This document shows, in pieces, positions 37,956 through 47,360 of a stretch of DNA of 64,000 nucleotides. The position numbers and the translations under genes are program-made. The stretch's first letter is position 1. Each line of letters opens with the position of its first letter. Source of the DNA: Candidatus Omnitrophota bacterium (lineage in GTDB: Bacteria > Omnitrophota > Gorgyraeia > Zapsychrales > Zapsychraceae); the NCBI GenBank assembly GCA_029261065.1, contig JAJDCB010000030.1:48196-112195 (forward strand). Direction: 5' to 3'. The notes under the pieces were generated by a model that saw nothing but the letters and a program-made list of their open reading frames with translations, did not search any database and was not told where the DNA came from.

Positions 37956-39644
37956 TTATTTCAACTTTTCTTGAATCTCTGCGATCAGGTTATGATCAAA
38001 TTCATATTCTAATTCTTTGGCACGTAGGATGTGTGTTAATGCTTTTGGGTAATCCTTTTTGTGTCTATAAATTTTCGAAAGAAAATAATGCCCTTTTCCT
38101 GAGTCTTTATTCGTTTCTATGGCTTTAAGCCCTGATACTAAAGCCTCATCGTATCGATTTGATTTGATATATAAAAGACACTTATTAATAAGAGCTTTGG
38201 TGTATTCGGGATCATATTTAAGAGCTAAGTTGTAATTAACAACGGCGAGATCATATTTTTCTGAGTTTTGATATACAAGCCCAAGGTTGTAATGAGCATT
38301 TACATATTTAGGACGAAGCTTGACGGCTTTAGTAAAATCGGCGATCGCTAAATCGTATTGCTTTTTGCGAAGATAGATAACGCCTCTGTTATTAAGGATG
38401 AGAGGCGTGTTGGAAGAATATTCCATGGCTTTATCCCAAACCTTACCAGCATCTTTCCAGACTTTGTTTTGAAAGTGTGTTCGTGTGCCCAGTAATCCTA
38501 AGATGATGACGATACAAGTTGAAGCGATAAGAAAATGTTTTTGTTTGCGTTTTTTTGTTTGGGTTAATAATTGATCGGCTAGAGAACCTAATAAAAGACA
38601 GAGCCCTAAGCTGGGTAGGTACATAAAGCGATCAGCCACAACACTAACATGAACTTCTTCGGCCATGCGTAATAGGAAAAAGATGGAAAAGTAATAGTAG
38701 AGAAGAGCAAATAGGACTAAACGGTTTTTTCGAAAGCGAATTAGCAAATAGATAATAAGGGCAAAGACAATGACAGCAATGTTGTAATGAAGGTGATCAA
38801 ATCCAATGGGTTTGGGTAATTCATAAATTGGGCTTAAGTGAATGGGCAGGAAGAACTTTTGAATGTAAAATGTAAATGACCAGGTCCAGATCATGATTGC
38901 TTGGATAAAGTCTTTGGCTGGGACCCTCGCGTTAATTAAATAGGTAACTGCCGCGACAGGAACGATATAGAAAAAATGAGGAATTTTTTCTTTTAGAACA
39001 TTAAATGTGATCTTTCGGCCATGGTACCAGTCGAGGACCAGGAGAATAAAGGGTAAACTTAAGGCCATGGATTTTGCCAAGATGCTTAATAATCCTGCTA
39101 ACATTGATAAGATGAAAAATTTAATTTTTTTGTTGTCAAGATAATGCCAATAACTGCATAAGGCTAACATATAGAAAAAGGCATAAAGGACATCTTTTCT
39201 CTCCGTAATCCAAGCAACCGATTCGACATGCATCGGATGAATACCAAAGAGAAGGGCTGCCAGAAAAGCAGCCCGTATGCTGAGCCCCATCTGCAGGGCC
39301 AAAAGATAAATGAGGCCGCAGACGGCAACGTGTAAAAGGATGTTATTTAATATATAGAGAAAAGGCTTATCTTCAACGAAATGCCATTCTATGGCAAATG
39401 ATAAGACGCTTAAAGGAGCGTAAGTCTTTGTGACAGTTGATTTAAAGATATTTTTGATGCTCTGGAAACTAAGATGATGGACATCTACATTATCTGTCAC
39501 ATAAACATCATCATCCCAATTGGTGAATTCGTTTCCTAGATTTGAGGAAAAAAGGACAAATACAATGATTCCTAAGCAAATAGCCGTTAAAATGGCCTTT
39601 TTTTTGGGGATCGGGGGCGTAATAGTCTTAGATCGCTTTTTCAT
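37956..39644 (-). CDS. TMTC-like membrane glycosyltransferase: N-terminal GT-C/PMT-like TM domain + C-terminal TPR repeats
   Basis: Conserved N-terminal FTNWDDDVYVTDN (FxxDD) motif, about 10 TM helices, and a C-terminal run of TPR units (AHYNLGLVYQNSEKYDLA...). Confidence 0.55.
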   Translation of the reverse strand: MKKRSKTITPPIPKKKAILTAICLGIIVFVLFSSNLGNEFTNWDDDVYVTDNVDVHHLSFQSIKNIFKSTVTKTYAPLSVLSFAIEWHFVEDKPFLYILNNILLHVAVCGLIYLLALQMGLSIRAAFLAALLFGIHPMHVESVAWITERKDVLYAFFYMLALCSYWHYLDNKKIKFFILSMLAGLLSILAKSMALSLPFILLVLDWYHGRKITFNVLKEKIPHFFYIVPVAAVTYLINARVPAKDFIQAIMIWTWSFTFYIQKFFLPIHLSPIYELPKPIGFDHLHYNIAVIVFALIIYLLIRFRKNRLVLFALLYYYFSIFFLLRMAEEVHVSVVADRFMYLPSLGLCLLLGSLADQLLTQTKKRKQKHFLIASTCIVIILGLLGTRTHFQNKVWKDAGKVWDKAMEYSSNTPLILNNRGVIYLRKKQYDLAIADFTKAVKLRPKYVNAHYNLGLVYQNSEKYDLAVVNYNLALKYDPEYTKALINKCLLYIKSNRYDEALVSGLKAIETNKDSGKGHYFLSKIYRHKKDYPKALTHILRAKELEYEFDHNLIAEIQEKLK

Positions 39645-39844
39645 AATTCCATAAGCATATCATTTTTTAGGCCAAAAGCAAAGAATTGATTAGAGGTCAT
39701 TTAAAAGAGCCCTTAATGGTGTTCGTTTCTTAAGAGTACGTATTTTTCCTTGTATCCCATATGTTTAGGGGCTAGAATAATGACCTAACTTAAGTGTTTC
39801 TCCCTTTTTTTAATGAGATTTTTTAAAAAAGTATCCAAAAGTGT

Positions 39845-41524
39845 ATGAAACGTAATATTTGGTTTTTATGTATTGGCCTCATTATCGTTACTGGTATTTT
39901 TGCTAGAGTATATGATTTGAGTGGTCATTTTAGCCATATAGATGATATTGGTGTTGCCAAAACGATACTCGATCACAAGCTCGCTGATAAATCTCCTTTT
40001 CTAGCCGTTCCTTCCCGTTGGACATTCGCCCCTTTTCAATATTTTATTACCCCTTTTTTAGTCTCTATTGATCACACCTATCGTCAGCTTTTATTTTGGG
40101 GTCGTTTGCCTTCCTGTTTTTTTGGGATCTTAGGGATATTTTTTATGATTCAGTTTTATCGCCTTTATGAAGGTGATTTTTCTTATAAGACTCTTGTTCC
40201 GTTGTTCTTTTTTTGCTGTACCTGGGAAAACATCATATTCTCGAAACTTATGTATAATTATGCATTGGCTGTGACCGCATTCGTCGTATTGCTGATCCTT
40301 TATATGGATTATTTAAAGAAAATGAACTTTACTCTTAAAAAAGTTCTTTTTAACAGTTTGTGTTTAGGGGCGTTATGTTGGATGCATTATATTTTTCTTT
40401 ATTTTGTTCCTGTGTTTTATTTGTGTACATTTTTATATGCTTGCCAGTTCACGGAAAATAAGGGCAAAGTTGTTTTACAATATTGTTTAGGTGGGATCGT
40501 TGTCATTGTGTCTGTGTTTCCTTTGTGGTTTCTTTTTCTTCGGAAATTAATAGCCTCTGGACATTATGGGTTATATGGTTGGAATAGTGGAATTGATAAA
40601 GAATTTGTTTTTCATCTCCCAGAGGCGGGCTTCTTTCACGATATAGGTTATGCCGTTTCTTTTTTCTTTAAAAATTTCTTCTATATTTTTCAATTAAACA
40701 CAGGGTTTTTCCCAAACACACACTCCATTTTCCTACCTTTAAGTATAGTATTTCTTATTTTCTTTGTAATTGGGTTTTTTAGATTATTAACTCACAAAAA
40801 TTTGCATAAACGCTATTTAGGAATTTTCTTTGTTGTAACGATAATTGTATGGATTCTTTTAGTATGTACGCAGCGTCTTACTTTTTCACCAACGCGACAT
40901 AATTTTATTTTTATGCCGTTAATTGTTATTACACTGACCGAAGGGCTTTACTTGGTGCTTAAGGAGATTGGAAAGCGGATCGGGAGAAGTCATTTTAAGG
41001 ATTGGGGACAAGCAGTAATAATTGTAGGGTTGTTAATTTTGTTTGGATGTCATTATCAAACATTTCTTATCGAACGAAAAGATCGGTTAAATGAGCAAGA
41101 GATTTTAAAAATAGTTAAAACATACAATGTTGATACCATTATTCTGGCTGTTTGGACTCAACAAGTTGAGATGATGAAGAGTATTCGAGATCATTTTCAA
41201 TTTTATGAAACAGGATTTCGTGAAGATGCCAATATCTCGAAGGGGCCATCGACATATAAAAGGATTGCTTGGATTAGTCATCGAGATAAATTTAGTCCCA
41301 AATCTTACGAAAGGGCGAGATCAGCTGTAAATCATTATATTTATTACACTAATCCTAGACGTGTTAAGCGTAATAAGAAAGAATTGTCGTTGTTAAGATA
41401 TACTTTTAGATCTTATCGGGTGATTTATAAAAAGGTTATTGATTCAGATGTCGAACTCGAATTTGATAATAGAACACATAATGGAACGAATAATTTGTAT
41501 ATCTATATATTAGAGAGAAATTAA
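39845..41524 (+). CDS. polytopic membrane protein, GT-C-like (putative glycosyltransferase)
   Basis: 559 aa. First-loop acidic motif SHIDDIGVA and more than 10 TM helices. Confidence 0.4.
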   Translation: MKRNIWFLCIGLIIVTGIFARVYDLSGHFSHIDDIGVAKTILDHKLADKSPFLAVPSRWTFAPFQYFITPFLVSIDHTYRQLLFWGRLPSCFFGILGIFFMIQFYRLYEGDFSYKTLVPLFFFCCTWENIIFSKLMYNYALAVTAFVVLLILYMDYLKKMNFTLKKVLFNSLCLGALCWMHYIFLYFVPVFYLCTFLYACQFTENKGKVVLQYCLGGIVVIVSVFPLWFLFLRKLIASGHYGLYGWNSGIDKEFVFHLPEAGFFHDIGYAVSFFFKNFFYIFQLNTGFFPNTHSIFLPLSIVFLIFFVIGFFRLLTHKNLHKRYLGIFFVVTIIVWILLVCTQRLTFSPTRHNFIFMPLIVITLTEGLYLVLKEIGKRIGRSHFKDWGQAVIIVGLLILFGCHYQTFLIERKDRLNEQEILKIVKTYNVDTIILAVWTQQVEMMKSIRDHFQFYETGFREDANISKGPSTYKRIAWISHRDKFSPKSYERARSAVNHYIYYTNPRRVKRNKKELSLLRYTFRSYRVIYKKVIDSDVELEFDNRTHNGTNNLYIYILERN

Positions 41525-43588
41525 ATGTTAAACCAAATAGGATTGGATAGACTTTTGTATAAAGGGTTTGGATTGCAAACAAAGAAGGCGCAGGTTGCTT
41601 TTTTAGTGATACTGGCCATTAAAGTGTTGGTGATGATTCTATTTTCTTCAGATTATCAGAATCGCCTTTTTATTCCTTTTGTACAATATTTTATCGAAGT
41701 CTCTGGTAATCCTTGGGATTATTTCTATGCGCAAGGGAGATATGATCAATTCCCATATTCACCTGTTATGCTTTACTTTTTATCTATTTGTTATGCGCCT
41801 TTTTATTTATTAGGAGCTACCCATTCTTTATTAGGCCAGTTTTTCTTTAAATTACCAACGCTGTTTGCTGATCTCACCATTTTTTATTTATTGTGTCGTA
41901 TGTTTGAAGACAAAATGAAGGTGATGATTTATTATTTTGCAACACCTATCATTATTTATGCCTGTTATATGCATTCTCAGTTGGATCTTATACCAACGGC
42001 ATTACTTTTTTTATCGGTTTATTTATTAACTAAACGAAACTGTATCACCTCAGCGCTTGTATTCGGTTTGGCCGTGTGTGCCAAATTACATGTTGTTGCA
42101 GCTTTCCCGCTCCTGCTTATTTATTTACTAAAAACACACAAATTAAGAGGTGTTATGACTTTTTTATTCATAGCACCGTCAGTGTTTTTGATTATTGTTT
42201 TTCCTTTTTGGACAGAAGGTTATCAGCAGTTGGTGCTTAATAATTCCAAGCAAACGTTGATTTATGATTCTTACATCGCTGTAGGCAACCTGAAAGTATA
42301 CTTTACCGTTTTGTTGGTGGCCATTTTTTATGCGCGCGTCAGTGCTTTTCGTAAGATGAATAAAGATCTGCTCTACACATTTTTGGCCCTTATTTTTTCA
42401 ACGTTTGTATCATTGGCCCAACCCTCGCCGGGATGGTATGTGTGGTTGTTTCCTTTTCTTAGTATCTTTTTTATAAAATTTCATGAAAAAGCTCAACATA
42501 TTATTCGCTTATATGTGGCACTAAACGTGATGTATTTAGTTTATATGTTGCTTTTTTATTTACCCGAGTATCATGATCTTATTTTCTTGAAAACACCTAT
42601 TCATTTTAAGATCGATATTGAGAAATATCGTAATGTTAGTTTTACATTGCTCGAAGCTGTATTAATAGCGAGTATGTATGCTTTTTATAAGTTTGGAATC
42701 AGAAGTAACTTTTATTATAAGAAAAATACACCAGGCGTTATTGGGATTTCTGGTGATAGTGCCGCCGGTAAAACGACGATCCTATCTGATATAAGAAAGC
42801 TTTTTGGCCATCGTGTTTTAGAGTTAGAAGGGGACGCTGATCATAAGTGGGAACGCGATGATGAGCATTGGGAGGAGTTAACGCATTTAAATCCGAAAGC
42901 CAATTATCTTCATCGGCAATATAATGATATTCTTAATCTTCATAATCGTAATGCTGCTTTTCGTTGTGATTATGATCATAGTACGGGTAGGTTTACAAGT
43001 TCAAGAAAAGTAAGGGCAGATGACTATATTGTTTTAAGCGGACTACATGCTTTTTATCTTCCTAAAATGCGTAAGATTATTGATTTAAAAGTATTTGTTG
43101 ATACAGATGAAGGGTTGCGTCGATATTGGAAGGTTCAACGGGACACACGTGATCGTGGACGTAAAGTCAAAGATATCTTAAAGCAGATGGACCAGCGTGC
43201 TTTAGATGTTAAAAAATATATTCACCCTCAATATGATTTTGCAGATATTGTTGTTCAGTACTTTACGGATGATCCTATTAAATATGAAGAGCGTAATGCC
43301 AGGTATCATATGAAGTGTAAGGTTATTCTTGATTCAAACGTTTCTCTTCAAGCGATTGTTCATCGATTAGAAACAAAGCTTGATGTAACTTGGGACTATT
43401 CTCAAGATTTAAAAAATCAAAGTCTTATTGTGGATGGATGGCTTGAAAAAGAATATATCGCAAAGATGGCCCAAGAATATATAGTCAATTTAGAAGAATT
43501 GTTGGGTGATGATCCTATTTGGTTGGATGGTTACCGAGGTCTTGTTCAGTTTATGGTGTTGTTAATGTTAAGTGAGAAATTAAAATGA
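41525..43588 (+). CDS. fusion protein: N-terminal polytopic membrane domain (GT-C/DUF2029-like) + C-terminal uridine-kinase/PRK-family P-loop kinase domain
   Basis: C-terminal 230 aa: Walker A GISGDSAAGKTT and ...VLSGLHAFYL...VFVDTDEGLRRYWKVQRDTRDRGR...YDFADIVV, collinear with Udk. The N-terminal 400 aa has about 11 TM helices. Confidence 0.6.
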   Translation: MLNQIGLDRLLYKGFGLQTKKAQVAFLVILAIKVLVMILFSSDYQNRLFIPFVQYFIEVSGNPWDYFYAQGRYDQFPYSPVMLYFLSICYAPFYLLGATHSLLGQFFFKLPTLFADLTIFYLLCRMFEDKMKVMIYYFATPIIIYACYMHSQLDLIPTALLFLSVYLLTKRNCITSALVFGLAVCAKLHVVAAFPLLLIYLLKTHKLRGVMTFLFIAPSVFLIIVFPFWTEGYQQLVLNNSKQTLIYDSYIAVGNLKVYFTVLLVAIFYARVSAFRKMNKDLLYTFLALIFSTFVSLAQPSPGWYVWLFPFLSIFFIKFHEKAQHIIRLYVALNVMYLVYMLLFYLPEYHDLIFLKTPIHFKIDIEKYRNVSFTLLEAVLIASMYAFYKFGIRSNFYYKKNTPGVIGISGDSAAGKTTILSDIRKLFGHRVLELEGDADHKWERDDEHWEELTHLNPKANYLHRQYNDILNLHNRNAAFRCDYDHSTGRFTSSRKVRADDYIVLSGLHAFYLPKMRKIIDLKVFVDTDEGLRRYWKVQRDTRDRGRKVKDILKQMDQRALDVKKYIHPQYDFADIVVQYFTDDPIKYEERNARYHMKCKVILDSNVSLQAIVHRLETKLDVTWDYSQDLKNQSLIVDGWLEKEYIAKMAQEYIVNLEELLGDDPIWLDGYRGLVQFMVLLMLSEKLK

Positions 43589-44304
43589 GAGAGATCCCTT
43601 GGAGTCCTATAACTGGTTTATTGTTGGATTTGGATAATACGTTATACGATTACAACAAAGCACATCAACCAGCTTTACGAGAAGTTGTTCAGTTTTTATC
43701 TCAAAAGACTGGAGTTGTTAAAGAGGATATAGAAAAAGAATATGGTGTTGCTCGTGGGATGATTCATCAGCAGTTAAAGGGTAAAGCATCAAGTCATAAT
43801 CGTTTACTGTATTTTCAAAAGTTATTAGAAAATATAAATAAACCCATCATGCCTTATGCCTTAGAAGCGTATGATTTGTATTGGGATGTGTTTATTGAAC
43901 ATATTGTTTTGTTTGATGAGGTGATGTCTTTTTTAGAGAAAAATCAGGATAAAAGGATTTGTATCTTAACGGATTTAACAGCTGATATTCAGCATAAGAA
44001 GTTGCATAAGCTTGGATTAAGTTCTTATATTCACGCCCTTGTAACAAGTGAAGAAGTGGGCGTTGAGAAACCTGATCGCGGGATGTTTGAATGTGGGTTA
44101 AAGAAGTTAGGATGTATGAAAGAAGAGGTTTGTATGATCGGGGATAACTATGAGAAGGATGTGATGGGAGCGGTTGAGTTGGGTATGAAAGCGATTTGGG
44201 TGAATAAGGAGGGGGGGGAGCGTAGGGAGAGAGCTCTGGTTGTGGAGGTTGAGGATTTAAATTTTTCTTTAATGAGTTCCCCGCTTTCGCGGGGACGACA
44301 GTAG
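43585..44304 (+). CDS. HAD-superfamily phosphatase
   Basis: Motif I LLDLDNTLYD, motif III K, motif IV GDNYEKDV. The last about 10 codons (SSPLSRGRQ) come from palindromic repeat unit 44276-44300. Confidence 0.65.
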   Translation: MREIPWSPITGLLLDLDNTLYDYNKAHQPALREVVQFLSQKTGVVKEDIEKEYGVARGMIHQQLKGKASSHNRLLYFQKLLENINKPIMPYALEAYDLYWDVFIEHIVLFDEVMSFLEKNQDKRICILTDLTADIQHKKLHKLGLSSYIHALVTSEEVGVEKPDRGMFECGLKKLGCMKEEVCMIGDNYEKDVMGAVELGMKAIWVNKEGGERRERALVVEVEDLNFSLMSSPLSRGRQ

Positions 44305-44372
44305 TATGCGATCTCTGTTTTCGCGGGGACGACAACTATACTGTCATCCTCGCGAAAGCGGGGATCCGTGCG
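44276..44372. repeat. cluster of palindromic repeat units (gttccccgctttcgcggggacgaca; half-unit gttttcgcggggacgacaa; tgtcatcctcgcgaaagcggggatccgtgcg)
   Basis: Same ATCCCC-N8-GGGGAT family as at 22908-23020. It spans the end of the HAD gene and the start region of the next gene. Confidence 0.7.
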
Positions 44373-44395
44373 GTTTTACTGTTCAAAGAGTAACC

Positions 44396-46042
44396 ATGCA
44401 AATTATAATCCCTATGTCCGGCGTAGGCAAGCGTTTCATTGACGCTGGCTATAAAGATGTTAAACCGTTAATCGAAGTGGACGGTTTGCCTATCATTGCA
44501 CATGTTATCAACATGTTTCCGGGTGAAAATAATTTTACTTTTGTCTGCAATAAAACGCATTTACAAGAAACGCCAATGGAAGAAATTTTAAAAGGTCTTG
44601 CTCCTTTTGGAAAAATTATAGGGATCGAACCTCATAAGAAAGGTCCTGTCTATGCGGTGGCAGAAGTGTTTGACGCAATTGATGAAAGGGAGGAGACAAT
44701 CGTTAACTATTGTGATTTTTCAAAGTATTGGGATTATGATGGCTTTCTTTCTCATACAAGAGCGCGGCAGGCTGATGGTGCGATAGCAGCGTATAAGGGG
44801 TTTCATCCTCATATGTTAGGTTCTACCAATTATGCCTTTATGCGCGACGATCAACAATGGCTTTTAGAAATTCAAGAGAAAGAGCCGTTTACGGATAATC
44901 GTATGCAAGAATATGCTTCTGATGGAACGTATTATTTTAAAAACGGCGGACTCGTAAAAAAATATTTTCAGCAATTGATGGATGAGGATATAAACCTTAA
45001 AGGAGAATATTATATAAGTTTGGTCTATACGTTAATGCTGAGAGATGGTCTTAAGTCTTCTGTTTATGAAATACAACATATGTTGCAATGGGGGGAGCCT
45101 GGACATTTACAAGAGTATCAACAATGGTCAAAATATTTTTCTAAAATGGTTGATGAGACAAAAAGCATTATCAATAATGAAGAGACGATTAATCTAATAC
45201 CTTTAGCTGGACGTGGACAACGATTTGTTGATGAAGGCTATCAAACACCAAAACCTCTTATAGATGTCAGTGGAAAACCAATGATTGTTCAGGCGGCCTC
45301 TTATTTGCCTCAATCGGGGGCGCAAACTTTTATTTGTTTAGAAGATCATCTAAAAGAATATCCTATCAAAGTTGCTCTTCTAGAAGCCTATCCCCAAGCC
45401 AATATTGTTTCCCTTAATGAAGTTACAGAAGGTCAGGCGTGCACGTGTGAGAAAGGAATAAGAGAAGAGGATTATGATAAACCGTTGTTTATTGCCGCCT
45501 CAGATAATGGAATGATATGGTCTGAAAAAAAGTTGCAATCCTTATTGGATGATACCTCAATAGGTTGTCTCGTTTGGAGTTTCCGGCATCATCCTTCAAG
45601 CGCTCAAAATCCTCAAATGTATGGTTGGATTAAAACGGATGAGAAAGAAAATGTTTTAGGCGTCTCAGTTAAAGTTCCAATTTCAGATGATCCGTTTAAT
45701 GATCATGCCATCATCGGGGCTTTTTATTTTCGTAAAGCCAGATTTTTTATTGATGCATTAGAACGACTTTATAAGAGTGATGTTCGTGTTAATAATGAAT
45801 TTTATGTCGATAGCTGCATTAACGAAATTGTGGCCATGGGTTTAAAGGCAAAAGTCTTTGAGGTGGATCATTATATCTGTTGGGGAACGCCGAATGATTT
45901 AAAAACATACGAATACTGGCAAAGTTATTTTCATAAAAGTGATCAACATCCGTATTGTTTAGAGAAAGATCGGAGAATGGAGTTAAGTAAATTGAAGGAT
46001 TATGAAAAAAAATATTCTTCTTTTAAACAGGAGCACAATTAA
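44396..46042 (+). CDS. tandem double nucleotidyltransferase (two sugar-phosphate/alcohol-phosphate NTP-transferase domains, LicC/IspD-like)
   Basis: Duplicated N-terminal signatures IIPMSGVGKRF...KPLIEVDGLPII and LIPLAGRGQRF...KPLIDVSGKPMI. Start placed at MQIIIPMSG (ATG 44396), because the upstream 30 codons are repeat-derived. Confidence 0.55.
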   Translation: MQIIIPMSGVGKRFIDAGYKDVKPLIEVDGLPIIAHVINMFPGENNFTFVCNKTHLQETPMEEILKGLAPFGKIIGIEPHKKGPVYAVAEVFDAIDEREETIVNYCDFSKYWDYDGFLSHTRARQADGAIAAYKGFHPHMLGSTNYAFMRDDQQWLLEIQEKEPFTDNRMQEYASDGTYYFKNGGLVKKYFQQLMDEDINLKGEYYISLVYTLMLRDGLKSSVYEIQHMLQWGEPGHLQEYQQWSKYFSKMVDETKSIINNEETINLIPLAGRGQRFVDEGYQTPKPLIDVSGKPMIVQAASYLPQSGAQTFICLEDHLKEYPIKVALLEAYPQANIVSLNEVTEGQACTCEKGIREEDYDKPLFIAASDNGMIWSEKKLQSLLDDTSIGCLVWSFRHHPSSAQNPQMYGWIKTDEKENVLGVSVKVPISDDPFNDHAIIGAFYFRKARFFIDALERLYKSDVRVNNEFYVDSCINEIVAMGLKAKVFEVDHYICWGTPNDLKTYEYWQSYFHKSDQHPYCLEKDRRMELSKLKDYEKKYSSFKQEHN

Positions 46043-46755
46043 TGGCTAAGAAAAAACTTTCTATTGTTGTTCCTTGTTACAATGAAGAAAAAAATATTCC
46101 TCTTATTCTTAATCGCTTTCTTAAAGTTTTAGGTCGAGCTGATATTGAAGTTATTTTGGTCAATAATGGATCAACGGATGATAGTGAGAATGTTTTAAAG
46201 GAATTATTACCTCAGTATCCTTTTGCAAGATCGGTTAGAGTTGAAGTCAATCAAGGTTATGGTTTTGGTATTATTGCCGGGCTTAATGAAGCTGTTGGTG
46301 ATTATATCGGTTGGACGCACGCAGATATGCAAACAGATCCTAATGATGTGATGAGAGCGTTGGCTATCATTGAAGAAAAAGGGAGTCCATTAAACATTTT
46401 TATTAAGGGAGACCGCCGAAATCGACAATTGTTTGATCAAGTGTTTACCTGGGGGATGAGTTGTTTTGAGTCAATGTATTTGGGGAAACGATTATGGGAT
46501 ATTAATGCGCAACCAAATATTTTTTCTCGGTCATTTTATTCAACGTGGAAAAATCCTCCACATGATTTCTCGTTAGATTTGTATGCTTTATATATGGCTA
46601 GGCGGCAAGATATAGAAGTTGTTCGATTTGAAGTTGTTTTTCCCAAACGGATTTACGGTCAATCCAGTTGGAATACAGGATTAAAATCAAAAGGTAAGTT
46701 TATTAAAAGAACACTCGATTTTAGTGTCTCTTTAAAAAAGAGATTAAAAGTATGA
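46042..46755 (+). CDS. GT2 family glycosyltransferase, Dpm1/GtrB-like polyprenyl-phosphate sugar synthase
   Basis: LSIVVPCYNEEKNI with DxD-like NNGSTDDS. Short soluble catalytic-domain size (237 aa). Confidence 0.65.
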   Translation: MAKKKLSIVVPCYNEEKNIPLILNRFLKVLGRADIEVILVNNGSTDDSENVLKELLPQYPFARSVRVEVNQGYGFGIIAGLNEAVGDYIGWTHADMQTDPNDVMRALAIIEEKGSPLNIFIKGDRRNRQLFDQVFTWGMSCFESMYLGKRLWDINAQPNIFSRSFYSTWKNPPHDFSLDLYALYMARRQDIEVVRFEVVFPKRIYGQSSWNTGLKSKGKFIKRTLDFSVSLKKRLKV

Positions 46756-47357
46756 TTTACATCGCACATCGTATCAACTCTAAAGAAGAGTTAAAAAAAT
46801 TACCTCAAGAATTTGGTGTTGAATTAGATTTGCGTGATCATGGTGAGCAACTCATTGTTCAACATGACCCTTTTAAAGATGGAGAAAATTTTGAAGAGTA
46901 TCTAGGAGAATATCAACACGGGCTTATGATACTTAATATTAAAAGCGAACGCATTGAACATCGTGTTTTGGATTTGCTTGAAAAATATGCTATTAAAGAT
47001 TATTTCTTCCTCGATTCATCTTTTCCTATGGTTTATACATTAAGCCAATCGGGCGAGCACAATGTCGCTGTGCGTTTTTCGGAATTTGAAGGGATTGATA
47101 CTGTTTTAGCTATGAAAAAACAAGTCAATTGGGTTTGGGTCGATTGTTTTACAAAAATGCCTTTGGATCGAGATAAAAGTTTAGCTATTAAACAAGCGGG
47201 TTTAAAAATATGTTTAGTTTCTCCAGAGTTGCAAGGCCGAGATGATCAAATAGAGGCGTATGCCAAAGAAATTCTGGATGCTTCAATAGATGTTGATGCT
47301 ATTTGTACAAAAAGTTACAATATTGAGAGATGGCAATCCATTCTTAAACGAGCATAA
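46752..47357 (+). CDS. glycerophosphodiester phosphodiesterase (GDPD)-like domain protein
   Basis: IAHRIN...ELDLRDHGEQLIVQHD matches the GDPD TIM-barrel N-terminal catalytic His/Asp pattern. 201 aa. Confidence 0.45.
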   Translation: MIYIAHRINSKEELKKLPQEFGVELDLRDHGEQLIVQHDPFKDGENFEEYLGEYQHGLMILNIKSERIEHRVLDLLEKYAIKDYFFLDSSFPMVYTLSQSGEHNVAVRFSEFEGIDTVLAMKKQVNWVWVDCFTKMPLDRDKSLAIKQAGLKICLVSPELQGRDDQIEAYAKEILDASIDVDAICTKSYNIERWQSILKRA

Positions 47358-47360
47358 ATT

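Noticed and set aside
43892-44335. 147-aa minus-strand ORF (proline-rich, MSSPRKQRSHTTVVPAKAG...)
   Set aside because: Antisense to the well-supported HAD phosphatase gene. The N-terminus is repeat-derived and the rest is low-complexity. Treated as spurious.
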